DNA from: Botryllus schlosseri
Lineage: Eukaryota
DNA: 64,000 nucleotides
Reading direction: 5' to 3'
NCBI GenBank assembly: GCA_051294905.1
Contig: CM119383.1
Span: 11,594,001-11,658,000 of the forward strand
The position numbers and the translations under genes are program-made. Shown one piece after another: positions 9,672 to 24,600 of the stretch (the stretch's first letter is position 1; every line of letters begins with the position of its first letter). The notes beneath the pieces are model-generated. The model saw only the letters and a list, made by a program, of their open reading frames with translations, searched no databases and was not told where the DNA came from.

Positions 9672-12600
9672 CTACTGAATATCATCAAAGTCGATCACGG
9701 GCGGGTTCACAACTCCGGCAACAAAATTTTCATCTCCAACTGGAACGCAGTCGCGATTGTTCGTGGCTTTCAGTAGACCATTCTCGCATTCGCACACATA
9801 TGAACCGACACTGTTGATGCATTTCGCAGTCGGCCCGCATTTGTTGTCTCCGTTCAAGCATTCGTTAGCGTCTGTAAAGGCAATGTATAGAGACACCTTA
9901 TTTTGACTAACATCTTGGACTCGGACAACTATTGATAATTTCAGTTTTCCAATTATATTACAATTCGACCAAATAGACTAATTAGACCAAATCGTCTAAT
10001 TGGGGCGGAAAACTGGTAACCTCATTCTAATCTAATTTGTGAAATGTTTCGATGCTTTAATTTTAATTCCCATCTGATTTCTGCTTTTCCCTCAAAATTC
10101 AACAATATAACGGTATAGCCCATAGCGCATAGTGTGAAACGAGCCAAGCTTTGTGTACAGAGATTTGCCATTATCATACTAATGAGAATTAACTTTTTTC
10201 CAATTCGTACTTTCATTCAATTTTTTGTGAATTGTAAATTCTGTTATTCTAATTCCAGTCTAATTTGAAATAAACGTGTAGTTATATTTCTCGGGAATCT
10301 AATTTTGGATAGCTGAAAAGTTTCTGTATCTTACAATACGTCTAGCAATAGTCCGCCGCTTCTGCCCGTAATCGACAACGCAATTTGTGGACATTCGGTG
10401 AGCCATGCCCTGAATTGACAAGGAAAATGAGTTTCCTTTGAGTGATGTCATTTTGGTCATGCAGAACAATTGTGAGCAATTCGAAAATTTCGCAATTACA
10501 ATAATGTTGCTTTGTGTCGGTCCGCCAAGAATTTGACCTCAGACGAAAGTCAAACACGGTCTTGTGAGAGATCGAGTGAGAAGTCCGGCATGCATGTACA
10601 ATAGGGCTGTTCAAAAATAGCTTTTTTTCCTCAATCTTGATGGTTACGTGATTAAATCGTTAGGTTGCCTTAAAAAACGACGCACACCAAATTTTAATTC
10701 ATTCCAACCAATAATCGCTGATTTCGTACAGTTTGAAAATTTTGAATTTACCCAAAGATGCAAAAAAAATTTTTGTCAAATTTTTCTGTCAACCCCATGA
10801 AATTGTTGCACTGTCTTCAAAGACGATGCAAAACAACTTTGACTCAATTCCAACCAGCAGAAGCTGAGTTATTTGAGTTTTTCGATGATAATTCTTGGAT
10901 TATCCACCGATCTAGGATAGTGCCCTAATTATCGAAGAAAAACTCAAATAGCTCCGCTTCTACTAGTTGGAATCGAGTCAAATTTGTTTTGCATCGTCTT
11001 TGAAGACAGTGCAACGATTTCATGGGGTTAACAGAAAAATCTGACAAAAACTTTTTTGCATCTTTGGGTAAATTCAAAATTTTCAAACTGTACGAAATCC
11101 GCGATTATTGGTTGGAATGAATTAAAATTTGGTGTGCGCCGTTTTTTAAGGCAACCTAACGATTTAATCACGTAACGAGCAAGATTCAGGAAAAAAGTTT
11201 TTTTTTTAACAGCCCTAATGTACAATGTACATCGACAAATTCCTCGTATCTTTACCATTATATACAAACTGTGCGACAGGTTTAAGCATTCAGACGGTGC
11301 ATAATCCGCTAATGACCAGAAACATAGATCACAGGATAATAATAACTCTCGTTTACGCGGTCACATATAAAATACTGCGGCCTGGTTTGTTTTTAGGAGC
11401 TGATCCATCTCAAGGCGATATTATCTCGCGGGTTAAACATTCGTTCGAAGAATACAATGATGCAGGGCAAAACTTAAATCTAAATGAATATTAAAATGAA
11501 CAATAAATCATGAGTATCAAATCTAATTAAGAGCCGATGTATATCGAGTATCGACACGAGAATGAGTTGTTGAGTTGTCAAATTGACTTCCACCACAGCC
11601 CGGATATGACGGACAAAGCGAACGCGGAAAAAAGAATAACCTTTTCAGGTCTGCCAGGATTAACGTTCACAAGTACAATTTGGTTATTGTGATGTCATAC
11701 AGAAGGTCACATACCTCGACATTGCTTGCCATAAAGAGTCCGTATCATAACATATCCGATCCTGCATTTGCAGGTGTAACTTCCATACGTGTTCACGCAT
11801 TCTTGGTTGCTACTTGGGCATTTCCCATTTCCAATATCCAAACACTCGTTCACGTCTGACAGACATAAATAAGACATGGTTAAAAAGTTAATCGCGCCTC
11901 TCTTACAAGGGAAAATCTATCGCTATGGATAGGCCTATAGACATTGTGCTAAATTTACTCACCAATACACGATCGTTGGTCCGATGCCAACGAGAAACCT
12001 TCGGGACAGGTACACTTTTCAACGCCGTTACTGTGAGTACATTTGTATCTGCAACCGGTCTTGCAGGCATTGGCCTCTGTCAGCGAAATATTCACATAAA
12101 ATCAGCACATAAGTAATTATATCTATTCGGGTCGAAATTAGTAAAAGCTTCATCGATAAAGCACTATTCTATCCGCTAGAGAATGAGCGGATTGACGAAT
12201 TACGTAAGTTTAGGGTCAAGTTTAGAATGAAAATACAACACTGTTTAAAACAGGGCTCTTGTTTAGAATATGTTTTTAATATTTTTTTAATTATTATTTT
12301 CTTATCCACGACCACTTAGGAAAAATGACATCCAAAATTACAATATGTGGTTACGCACTGTTTTGTAAAAACAACACTGAATGTTTCTGACTTTGATTCC
12401 ATTAAAAACAGAGGCTTTTGTTCAAAACATTGTTAAAACGTGTTTAAAAACGAGATTTGTTTTCAATGCGACCGTAATTGTGCACGAGCAATTGAGCACG
12501 CACGAGAAAGTACCAAATTCAAGATACAATAATGCCGCTACGCGGATTGGGTAAGATAAGATAGGCGACATTTGCCTGGGAGTATCTAGTGTTGAAAATA

Positions 12601-15600
12601 TAGTATAAAAAGAAAAGAAATATTATGATTTTGGATAATGTGACACCAACGAACAATTAACTGTGCCATATGCATGGGCCACAATGAATAATTTGAATCA
12701 TTGCAGCATTTAAATTCGAATTAATAGAAATGCTATGCACATTGGCTCCATGTAATGTGTTAGGCGATATATACACGGTTTCCGCATAAATTAACGACGT
12801 CATGGGACCAAGTTTGTCTTGTTATCTTCCAAAACATTTTTTTTTATTATGTGATATAACATTCCTTTTCAAAGTCGGCGCATACAGGCCTATACCGCCA
12901 CTATTCGACGTTTGATCACGACAAACCTTGCACATGGTGCACCAGACCGTTCGCGGAAATAAGTGCCATGTAATTTTTTACCATCTATAATAATAACAAT
13001 ACCGTCAGGATACACCATCTTGCGGTTTGAAGACAAACTTAATTGCTGTTTGAAAGTGATCAAATTTGCATCGATACTTCTGCTATAATCAAATAGCAAT
13101 TGTTCTGTTCACCAACGATGTCATTCCGAAGACCATGATCGCCGGCTTTGATGAGAAAGTCACATTCAGCTCATGCGGCGGTATTTAAAACGTATTGCTG
13201 TCATTTAATTCAGTGAAATAGGGGCTAGCGCAACACTTTTTCGCGCTTACCATCACAGTAAAAAAGCAAACCTAACATGTATTTGAACCATAAGAACATA
13301 CATTCGGGGAATAATTACAAAATTAAATATAGGCTACTCATTAGTCATGTACGCAACCACGTAGGCCAACACATAGCAATTACAGGACGATGAATCCTAG
13401 TTATCTTATCTCCCTACAATGAGAAAGAACTTTGACAACTCAACGCCAGCTGCACACTGACAAGGAATTTCGGAAAGCTCACAGAACACCATTCACAATA
13501 TACCAGTCATAGAAATCAAGGATGACATGACCTGGATTATATATTTTACATATTATCATACCCTCTTAAAATCCCTGGATTTGTGGTGGTAGTTTGTGGC
13601 TGATAGTTCAAGTAGACAACGTTATCTATCAAGTAATCCTTTAAGAGGCAATAACAGCACAAGGGAGGCTTTTATCGGTTTTTGAAGAGTAAGCGCGTAA
13701 GTTAAGTGTTTCCGTCAACGGGATTGCGGACATTTAGTTGGTTCAACGCAGGCAGTGTGTTATGCACCTTAAATTTACAATGAATTCAATTTGAAGTGCG
13801 CATGGCTTGCCAAAATTGCATGACGTGATCGCAAAATACCAATCATCATCACAGCAAAAATCTTTAAACGAACATTCCAAATACCAATATTTTTCGTCGT
13901 CCGCGGTCAGATAGAAAAATGCAGTTTTATATAAAGTTTACCGAGCCTCTATTTCTATTAGATCCGCAGCGATGTCAGGAATCATCTTTTGTCGAAGTAA
14001 CAAGTGCCTTTTGGCTCATTCCTACTTACTTCTCCTCTTGTAGTAGAGTCTTTGCATTCTTTGATAGAAATTTGTGTAGGGTGAAGTTGCATTACTGAAA
14101 TATAAAATTACAATTTACATTCATTAGTCATTGCGCCTCGTGAGACTAAAATATACTACAAAGTCATGCGCTTGGATTAGAGACGGCGCCAGGCCGCCAG
14201 CCATACCTGCGTTCGCAATAGTTCTGAATGCCAGATGTGATAGATTTGCATATCTTCCGGCCGGATTTAGCTCGGCATAGCACAGTTCAAAAATGGCATA
14301 TCGTCAGCTGCACCGGTAATGCTACTAAACTCTTAAGAATTTGAGCAAGAGAGTGCCTCTTTTCCCATCTGGTGACGCTTAGCTACAGCGTGTGCGGAAT
14401 TAATATTAATTTTTGAATAGTGGCGCTTATGACCGATCAGGTCTTTTGCACCACGTACGTGATGATTAGCGTACACAAGATTTTACAGATATTTCGCACA
14501 CGACAAAACAAATTCCACCACCGGGGTTACCAGTTGGGGAGACGTGAGAACATTTTCAAGTGAAAATACGATGCCGTAATAGTTGCACGATCCAACTAGA
14601 AATCGACTTGAAAATCAAATCGAGAACAACATAATAGAAAATGCGATACTGTTTCTGGAGTGCCGCATGTTCCACAATTGGGGGTCTCCGAGCATTTGAT
14701 ACGGTATAAATGCGAGTTCAGGAGACAATGACCCGTCCTCAGACGGAATAATATGCGGTCGTATACTCACGAATCGATGCTTGAGTCGGGAGCGTGTGCG
14801 AAATGAAACCAGCGTTCATGTTACGATTACCGCATGCCTACCACATGATTACCGCATATCTAGGTTCCTCCTCGCCATATCATCCGTGTAAGCGGTGTCT
14901 TATAAAAAGCCTAGAATTGGCCGTGCTACAAGTCGGCAACTATACAGAATAAAAATTAAGAAAATTGGCCTGGTGTAAATGACCGTAGTAGTCGACAAAC
15001 ACCATGAATACCTCAAAACAAACAAACAAACCGCATGCCTAATACTTGGAAAATAAATAACCAAGAACATGGAGAAATACATAACATGAAAAACTCCCGT
15101 CTTTCAGGGCCTTTATGCCTGTGACCGGTGACAAATATCGCATATAGAGTGCTAAAAACTCCTGCTAAGCCTTATATCCGCGGATTTGAGTCAGCGTGTT
15201 TTCGGTTATTTTCCTCAATAGTGCGATCGCAAACATACATTCCAATATGGGCGTTGACGTTCCTTTTGAGAGATCCGAATCAGGATCTGAATAGAGACCG
15301 TACAATGTACATGCATTGCACCTTGCACAGCTGCACAGTGCACAGTGCACACTGCACACCCGTGAACAACACAGCGAGAAATGGCCAATGTAAGCCTAAC
15401 AAAACAATTTTTGATTGTTCGAGCAAAATCCGATTTAAGCGTGACGACTTCAATGAACTTGCGAATGTGAACGAGAATGGTGCGCGTCTGCAAATTCTCA
15501 AAACACATAGTTCCTCAGATTGAATCTCCCTGCCTAAGAGTTAACCACTTCCGTTGACGTACCCGTAACGTACTGCGAAACAGACACGTGGCTTAAGGAT

Positions 15601-18600
15601 TATCAAAGCTTTCACGATGTTAGATCGTAACCATCGTTACAATTCAAACCCCAAGCCATTCTTAGATTAAAAGTTGATAAGAAAAATATACACGCTTTCG
15701 TGGAAGGTGAGAACGAATATAGGAAAATTCTGTAGTCCATCAGACGAGTATGAAAATTCGGGAGGGTCACTTGAACATTCTGAGGAAGCGAATGTTATTA
15801 ACTATGGTGTGACATCGGGGATCCATTCTGATGTGTAATATTAGTGACGTGGTCATGTTAATGTGATAGTAAAGGCAAAGCGATCTTTCCCATGGTTTAA
15901 GTAGAATTTTATTCATATATATCTGAAGAATCTTGAACCAGACATGACTGTAAATTTTGATTTGAAGATTTGGGTGATATCTGCACACATACGGTTTCTC
16001 GGCTTGGATTTTCTTATGGGAAATTGAATGATTCTGCATTTCCAATGACATTTAGAACTAATGGTCGATCACTACCGGTTTCGCGCTAGACGGAGATTTG
16101 GATTGTAAAATATTATAATCGCTCATCTGTTATTCCGTGTGGACTTTATATTTCCCAATCAGCAACAATACAGTATGACTTGTGAAGCCGACGTGCTAAT
16201 ATTCGGGATATTAGGCAATATTTATGATTGAAACGCCGTAAAATCATTGCGGTGAAGGTGATATCATCGACATGCAATTCTATACACCGATGACTCAAAA
16301 CGCGTATCTTTTAGATAAGCGTGAAACTACATACGGATTACATGGTGGTCGGATTGTGAGTCGATATTGAATGCCAAGATGGAAATAGATATTTCAATAT
16401 TTAGTCATATTGAGGTGGAAATCGTATTGCGGCAGAGAACGATAATATTGCTAGTTACTTCCGGGATGGACAAGGCAATATAATTTTAAAATGTGTATCG
16501 CGACATCGTGAATACAATTCGTTCTTTTTATCCACAATCAACTGCTTCCCTCCCTATGCGTCATGGCATCGGCACGAAGTTTCAACAATTCAAGTTTTTT
16601 TTCGCAAGCATATAGACTCAGATCAGAAGCTGAGAGCCGCTGTTATGAAAACACGCGCATATTAAATGCACTTGTCTTCGGAAAATTAGCAACATCAACA
16701 AAGGATTATAAAAATTTTGAAATGCGTTGTGGAAAATTGTATGAGTCGGGTGATGATGTCAAAGTTAGTTATAGTTACTGAGCTGAACGGTTGCTGTTGT
16801 TGGAAAAATAAAGTAATCCTTTTTGTTGCTATAATTTATATAATCCTCGGATCGACCATATATACCGACTTTAAAACTTGGAAAATGTCTAAGACTCTGT
16901 TCATATTACTCAGGTCACGCTTCATGGGGAATTTGTTTTACGTTTCCTGATTAGCACTCATCGTTCAAAAGGTACAGTCATGCGTATTGCCAAAAATGAA
17001 TTAGCGAGATATAACAAATGAGCCATCCGAGGTTGACCGTGATCAAATCACATTTGTATAGAGCGTTTCACTATACAGAAGCTCGAGGACGATGTACCCG
17101 CGATGAATATTTCTAATCATGTTCCAAAAATCCAACTATCTAATCTCAAGTGCATGACACCGATACCGCGAATGTGATTATTTACAGTAATATAGCCTCA
17201 TGCAATATAGACTGCAGCCTACAGGTGGAATATTATCTATTCGTCTGTAGAGATATAACTGATACTTATTTAGTGCCCACTGCCCATCACGCAATGAATG
17301 ATTAAAATCGAACACGTTATAGTTACAATCTTGATCACGCCAAGTAAAATATTTGGTGAACGAAAGCTATCTATGTCTTATTATAAGAGGTGGTGGAAAT
17401 AGTCATCATTGGTAGGCGGGTAGGCCTACTTGAGTAGAAATAAAAGTATAACGACGTAAATTTCTACTCAAGTGCAAGTACACAATACCCTCTGTTCATT
17501 ATTACACTTGTTCAGATTAGTTCCGTGCATCTGCCGTTAGATTGCAGTCAATAACGGCAGTGCATAATTACCTGAGGCTCAGTCTACTTGTAGTAGGTAC
17601 CCCTCGCCGCCTGGAAGTTATGAGAGGTGTACGAGCGAGAAGGGCAGCCGGTCCGACAGTTGTGGACTTCCTCCTGCGCGCGACACAATGCTTCCTGTCG
17701 CGATGCAGTTTGTACCCGCGCCGGCAATAACATTTATAGCCCCCGCGTCTGTTCGAGCACTTGTGTTCGCACGAATGGGTTCGCCTGGCGCATTCGTTGA
17801 CGTCTGTAAGATATGACTGTTCGGGCTAATCCGTTCGAATGACAGTAATTCCCGACTGACGCCAAACAGTTTGTGCCTTAGAAATAGCGAAACGTCATAA
17901 TGCATGATGGTAAAGTTTATCACGTTCGCATACTCGGGAGGTTTCGCAGCTTCGCTACATAGATTTTAATACCTATTATGAATCACCGCCGCACTATACG
18001 ATAGAATGAGCAGAACATGGGTGCTGAAACGAATTTTCGAAGTGTCATCTGTAGTTTTGCAATAGCAAACAAGCGATACATCTAGCTCTTAACTGGACAC
18101 TGGACAGGCTTCGTTGTGAGTGGAGATGGAGACAACGAATCGTCGATTGGAAATCGCTTCGAACCATTAAAGCAGAGGTCTCAAACTCAGATGTGCTCGC
18201 GGGCCAGTTTCCTAGTTTTGATGACGCCGCGGGCCGCAGCATCAATGATAGGGATATTTAATGGCCTTATTTGACGGGACCTTGCAGACAGTCATTCCAC
18301 AAACATCGTGGAAATGTAATTTACTAGTGTACTATTAACGCTTTTTGACACAAAAAAATCACATTTTCAAGTATTTGAATAAAATTGTTTTTGTGCCGGG
18401 CAGAATTTTTTTTAATTAACGAGTTATAGACATCATGTGAGAGGATGCATTCATGCATTCATGACATCGTAAAACTGTCTGGTTATAATATTGCAACTAG
18501 TGGACCTATGACGAGCAACAACTTTATGTAGACTATTTTAAAATCTACTGAAGATTGATCTGATATCAGAGCATTTGAGCGGTATAGCTTAATCCTATGG

Positions 18601-21600
18601 TTTTGATATCGTCGTGATAATTATAGGCTACTGTTATTGTCATTGCCAAACACAAATTAAATAAGCATAAGATTTTGCCTTCGATATATCAATAACAACT
18701 TAAATACACTCATTATTGAGCCATAGTAATAGCATTGCTTCTTAACCTTGTGCTTCCACTAAGATTTCTCGTAGCCCCTGTCCTTTCTCAATACAATTTC
18801 TGATGGTACCTATATAAATCAGAAAGCCAATTCACAAAATCGCGTGCAGCGCAAATACTATTTTCCAATTTAATAAATTGGCCCACAGCATATGGGCCTA
18901 TCAATTCTACAATGCATCTCTTACTCCCTGATGTCGTATTTCGTACCCCGATGAGGTCTGCGGACCCTGGTTAAGAACCCCTGCAATAGAAATATCCAAT
19001 CGGCGAAGAATTCGTTGGTGTTACAGCTGTAGAGCGTACTACCACCTTACTCGCCCCCGATAATAACATGGATGAAGAGAAAAAACAACATGCAGCGTTT
19101 AACCAACTATATACGTCACGGTGTTACCCATGGTTGCCATACTGACCTAATTAAATATCTATATACCCTACGCAACGCAAGCTACGACCTTTTGATATAT
19201 TACTATTCCCCATGAAAGTTGCATAGATTGTTGCATCCGTAGGATTACCAAGTCACTATTCCGAGTCGCAAGTCCTTCTCCGATTTCAGTGTTTGACCCG
19301 ACTCAACTCGAGTCATTTTTATTTAATCACCCAGTCAATCCGAAATCAAGTAATTATACGAGAAGGTCGCACCAAACCATATCACCATTTACAGTCGCGA
19401 ATCATCAACGGGTCATATTTTATCATCATGAACCAGAAATGTGACGTAATAGCTGATCTTCTACCGCATAGCTTTTAAAAGTGATGTGATAGTGATGTTT
19501 GTTGGGATTTCAGTGATTTTATAGTAGTTTTTTCGTGAACTCTAAGTTTTTATATCTAAAAAGATATATGGCACTTACATATATTGTTGATTACTTGAAA
19601 TTCCAAAATGCCGTCGCGGGCCGCACAAAATGCTCTCGCGGGCCGCGTGTTTGAGACCTCTGCATTAAAGTATGTGGTTCCCAGCCAGGGGAAAATTTGT
19701 AATTTGTATGCCTCGGTAAGGGCAATCTGAACTTAGGATTGCAAAGGAAGACAGCCTACAACAGGAATCACCAAATGTTCCACTTTATGTGTGTCCCATT
19801 TGGCTGATTTCTAGCTAGAAGTGCGTTTAAATGATATACATGAAATTTTTGTTTTTCGTACAAATCACCCCTGAGTTTTTAGAATATAGCGCAGTTGTGC
19901 TTAAATTGCGACTCGCCAGACCATTTCGTTGGGCCCTCGGCAGCCTATCGATCAAATTGCTACTAAGCGGTAAAAAGTCATGCCGAACTCAACACAAGGC
20001 CTCTAGTTAAAGTGCTAACCATTTTTTTCAAGTCAACATCTGCCCAGTCGTAAAAATACATGCCAATTTCAGCGATTTAACTCAGAGTCATCTCAACAGA
20101 ACTTGATGATTTATTTTTCTGCAATAGCTACCCATTCGTGGAAAGAGCATGCCAAATTCAGCGCAATGTTGTCACAGAGGAAAATTATGACCCATTTTCT
20201 TTTGATTTATTTACTGTCTAGAAAACAGTACACGCATGGCGTTGAATATTAGAGAAGGAAGCGGCCATGGTACCTTACCAAATTGTAATGCGGTCCGCCT
20301 TCTGAATAGTTCGTCAATAGTCAGCAGTTGCTTGCGCAGTAAAAATGACATTTTTAGTCAGCGGTCTGCTTTATGTTAAGGAGGAATTTTGGCTCAAATC
20401 GGGAATGGGGTCCAAGAGACGGAAAAGGTCCCCTGATGGGAACCACTGATTTAGGTCGTGTATATAGATAGGATCCACAACTATTGAATATGTTATATTT
20501 AGAAAATGCAGGTTTCCAATACGTTTTCTGGCTTAAACAGTGCTTCCAGATATTAGAGGCGCGATAAGCGATTCGTCTTGGAAGATTTGTAGTAACGAAC
20601 GCGAATACCGGCACCACTCATTTGCCTCTAGGGTTACGTTATTTATAATGGATGACGATTGACGACGCACGGACAAGCGTTGATTCCCAAGGACTCGGTA
20701 GTATTTTGACACTTAATTACACACATGCATGAAACAAATAATAATGGATGGCGGACCATTTAATCCACGAATCCTAATCAACCTAAAATACTTCACTCTC
20801 TAGTATCTGTGTGCGCGACTGATGGGTGTACCAAGTGAGAATTTGAAGTCCAAACCGATGCCGAACGAGTTGTAAGTTCAAGTACACAATTGAGACGTAC
20901 TGTATTGAAGTGGAACATGGGATGCATATGACATTAATCAGTGCATTTTTCACGAAGGTTATCACTTCTTTTGGTCCACTTTACATGTAAGCTCACGACG
21001 AATCCACAAGGATAATGATCCTATAATGATGGTATTGAGGATGACCTTCTACAGACATATAACCAACCATATGTAACGCTATCTAGTTCATACATCGGCC
21101 GTAACTGACAATCACACTCTTGAAAATTTGTCGTAATTTACAAAGCCTCTAAGATTTTTCAAGATATATTCAAGAGATCTGTTGCTGAACATGCGTCAGG
21201 TACCATGTTGTGGAAAGAGATTGAATCGCAAAGAATTATTATGGAAAGGTTATACAAGCAGAAATGTATGTTTTTATATATTTACTATGTATAGGCCTAT
21301 ACGTATAGATATGCGTATACCAAACCAAGGTCACATCATCGAGTGGCGAGAATGATTGCTAACAATTAGTTGAAATGTCATTCATTAGATTAATTTATAA
21401 TGACATGGAAGGAAATGGTATAAAATCACTCATCGCTTTTTAACTGAATGCAGTATTTTCATGTCGGAACATTTTCATTGCTGTACTAAAAGTACAAATT
21501 ATATGTGCATGTGCGTAAGAGCGGGAGTGTTTACAGAAAAACATGGAAATGCACTTGTTTCGATTTTGAATATATCTATGACCCCGAAGGGAAACACGGG

Positions 21601-24600
21601 AATATGTTTGTCATGAAGTGCGCCTCTTATCGCGACAAGGCATTGGGAAAAAGTGTCGGTAGCGAAGAAAAATAATGGTACTCAACTGTCGATTAACTAA
21701 GGTTGCATTTAAAACAAAAATCAATTTAAAACAAACATGTTTAAAACATGCTTTTTATTTATTTTTATTTTTTTGAAGCCATGACGTCACGAAGATTCGA
21801 TTGTGACGTCATAGCGGATTGACATTTGAAAATATAGGCCTAGGGCAGGGGTCGCCAACTCAAAACGGGTCGCGGGCCACTTTTCAAATTTCGGAGCGGC
21901 CGCGGGCCGCATGAACTCGATATCGATATAAATAGGCAACCACGTTCTGAAACTCTATTGCAGCACAACTATGTGCTACCTAGCAACAGCATAGTGACTC
22001 TAAAGAAGTAATATTTTATTGAAGGAATACAAATATAACAAAAAATCATTATCATCAATTTTATTTTATTTTGAACTCTGAGCTATGCAGAATACCTGGA
22101 AACGCTTTTCAGCAACTAAGGAATCGATATTGGGGTCAGCAAGATACGTTACTTGCTGGAAGACCATCTCCACATAAAGCTTGAAATTGTTAAGAAGCCC
22201 TAAGCCAGTGGTTCTCAAACTTTTTTAGACAGCCCCCATTTGTGATAATGAACAATTTCGCGCCCCACTTATACTCATATTACAAAATGCAACCAGAATG
22301 CTAGCAATCCCAACGAATAGTTTGACGGCACGGAAGGGTATGACTGTTGATGAGAGTTCTATAATATGAATTCCGGACTATACACAGAGCAACAACCACG
22401 AAAATAAGGTAAATCGCGCCAAGCGCGAAAAAAATTCAGCTGGGTGCAGCTCCGTGGCTCCGTCAGAGGCTTTCACGCTCCCACAAGGGGGACGCGCCCC
22501 TAGCTTAAGAACCACTGCCCTAAGCCGTTTTCTAAGCGTCTTGGTCTTGTCAGTGTTTGGGCCATTGCACGTCAAGACAATAGCTCATATATATCAGCTG
22601 ATTCTCCCTCGATGGAATGCTGTTGCCATCGCCACAGCCATTTTAGCTATAGTGATGGATAGTGATGTTGGGCAACGGAGAATAGCTTATTTGGAAACAA
22701 CAAAAACAACAATATGTTGAACGGTAGTCAATTTCATCATTTCAAATTGGTGTTCTTAGCATTATTCCGAAATCTCAAATTAAGTCGCGGGCCGCACAAT
22801 ATGACCTCGCGGGCCGCATGCGGCCCACGGGCCGCGTGTTAGTGACCCCTGGCCTAGGGTAATAGCTCCTTTGGCGAAATATCTCTACTATAGCTGTTTA
22901 ACCGGCTATTTTGAGGGTTCCAACCATCCCATAGCGATATACGTCGGCCACGACTATATCGGGTGGTAATTGTCCGTAGGGTCATACAACATGTTTTTGG
23001 AAAGTATTTACACAATTATGGCATAATTTTACAACTTAAAAAACCACATTTTTTTCATAGCCTTCGTTTAAAACACTGTTTAAAACATGTTTTAAACAAA
23101 GTGTTTTAAAACACCATTTGTTTTAAATGTCAGCGTTAATATTTGACTTGCACTAGGCCATGTAGGATTTCGTCGTTTTATAAATCATCATCATCAGCAA
23201 AACTTCGGGTGTCTCAGGCCTGAAGGTACCTATATTTGACAGATTCGGTGAGATTACAGGACGGGTGAATCCGGGCCGTTCAGCTATATAGTTTCAAAGC
23301 ATTTCCCATTATTCGCATCATGTGTAATTGATTACTGTGGTTCGGTATGTCCAACCCCTGTATAAGTATAGTGGGCCTACAAAATTTCTGTGGCTTACTC
23401 GTTTTTTCATTAAAAACAGAATCTTCTGCATCAACATTTTCTTAATACTGTATAGATGAATTGACCTGAAGTGAAAAGGTGTAATATAGTAATATTTTCC
23501 GAATACATATACATTTACTTGTCAGAGAATCTTTGCAATTATTACAAGCGATACTACAAGTTTTAGATATAGGTGTGTAGGTCACGTGAGCGGCTCAAAG
23601 TCATCATAAACCAGTACACTTACCGATTGAGCAACGCTTCCCGTACCAGCCTTTTATGCAAACGCAACTTCCGGAAATGCAATTCCCGTGCTTGCAAGTT
23701 GAATTTCTGCATTCTAACGAAAACATTATATGCATTGGATAGTTGTTGGTTGACTACCCAATTAAAAAAATGGAAATTCGATGTCATTCGTATAGGCTTG
23801 TTTATCGTACTACAATTGCAAATCGGTAATTTCATGCAATATATACTGTGTATGCGCAATGTCCATGTGCACATGGTGAAAGGATGTATGTGGATTGTAC
23901 AATGATATACAAATTACGAAATGTATAATCGAGCATCATGTTTACGCTCAATACAAATGTACATTGTACATTGTATAAGACAATAAATAAGCCTGGATGA
24001 CATCACACAATTACGAGCTAGCTAGCCGTGGCCACTACGATATACTCTTATTTCGTAGGGATATGATATGAAATGCCACTTTCCATGGAACTGTTTAAAT
24101 CCCGGAGCACGGAAAAAACTCACTAGTCTTACATGTCCATCGTGACAACTACAACTTACCGACAGGGTTTCCAATATCAAAAGTTACTGCGTTCCGACGA
24201 GGTTTCGCAAGACTAATTCGGCGCTGAATCAAACCTGGACGTCGCTGATAGGTTTTGTCGGAGCCGCACACTGCTATTGCTTTCCCGCGTCGGCAAAGCC
24301 AAGTTTTTCCCGGAGTCGACACCATACTCGTCCGAGCTTTGGCATTAGAAAGATAACGGCGCACCAGCCGTCTGTATCTGCCAAAAAAGCTGCGCGATAA
24401 AGAACTGAATGCGTCAATGACACTATTGCAGATTCTCTACAACAATGGCAGGTGATACATAGCCTATACCTTTCGCGTTTTGTTAAATGGATTTCATTTT
24501 ACAAGGGATATATCGCATTCGTTATCTTGTTAGTTTTAGTAAGTGTCATATTTCTTGCACGAAGATAGCCGTTTTGTTTAGATTTCTATGTTACTGTATT

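Noticed and set aside
14200-14370. Extra Cys-containing exon of the EGF gene ending at CAG|GTATGG
   Set aside because: All three frames are closed downstream of the plausible acceptors. The same applies to candidates near 13190 and 20900-21030.
16563-16950. Nested antisense gene in an EGF-gene intron (hydrophobic ORF vaguely like a K2P channel segment)
   Set aside because: Short overlapping ORFs with no pore motif and no convincing splice sites.
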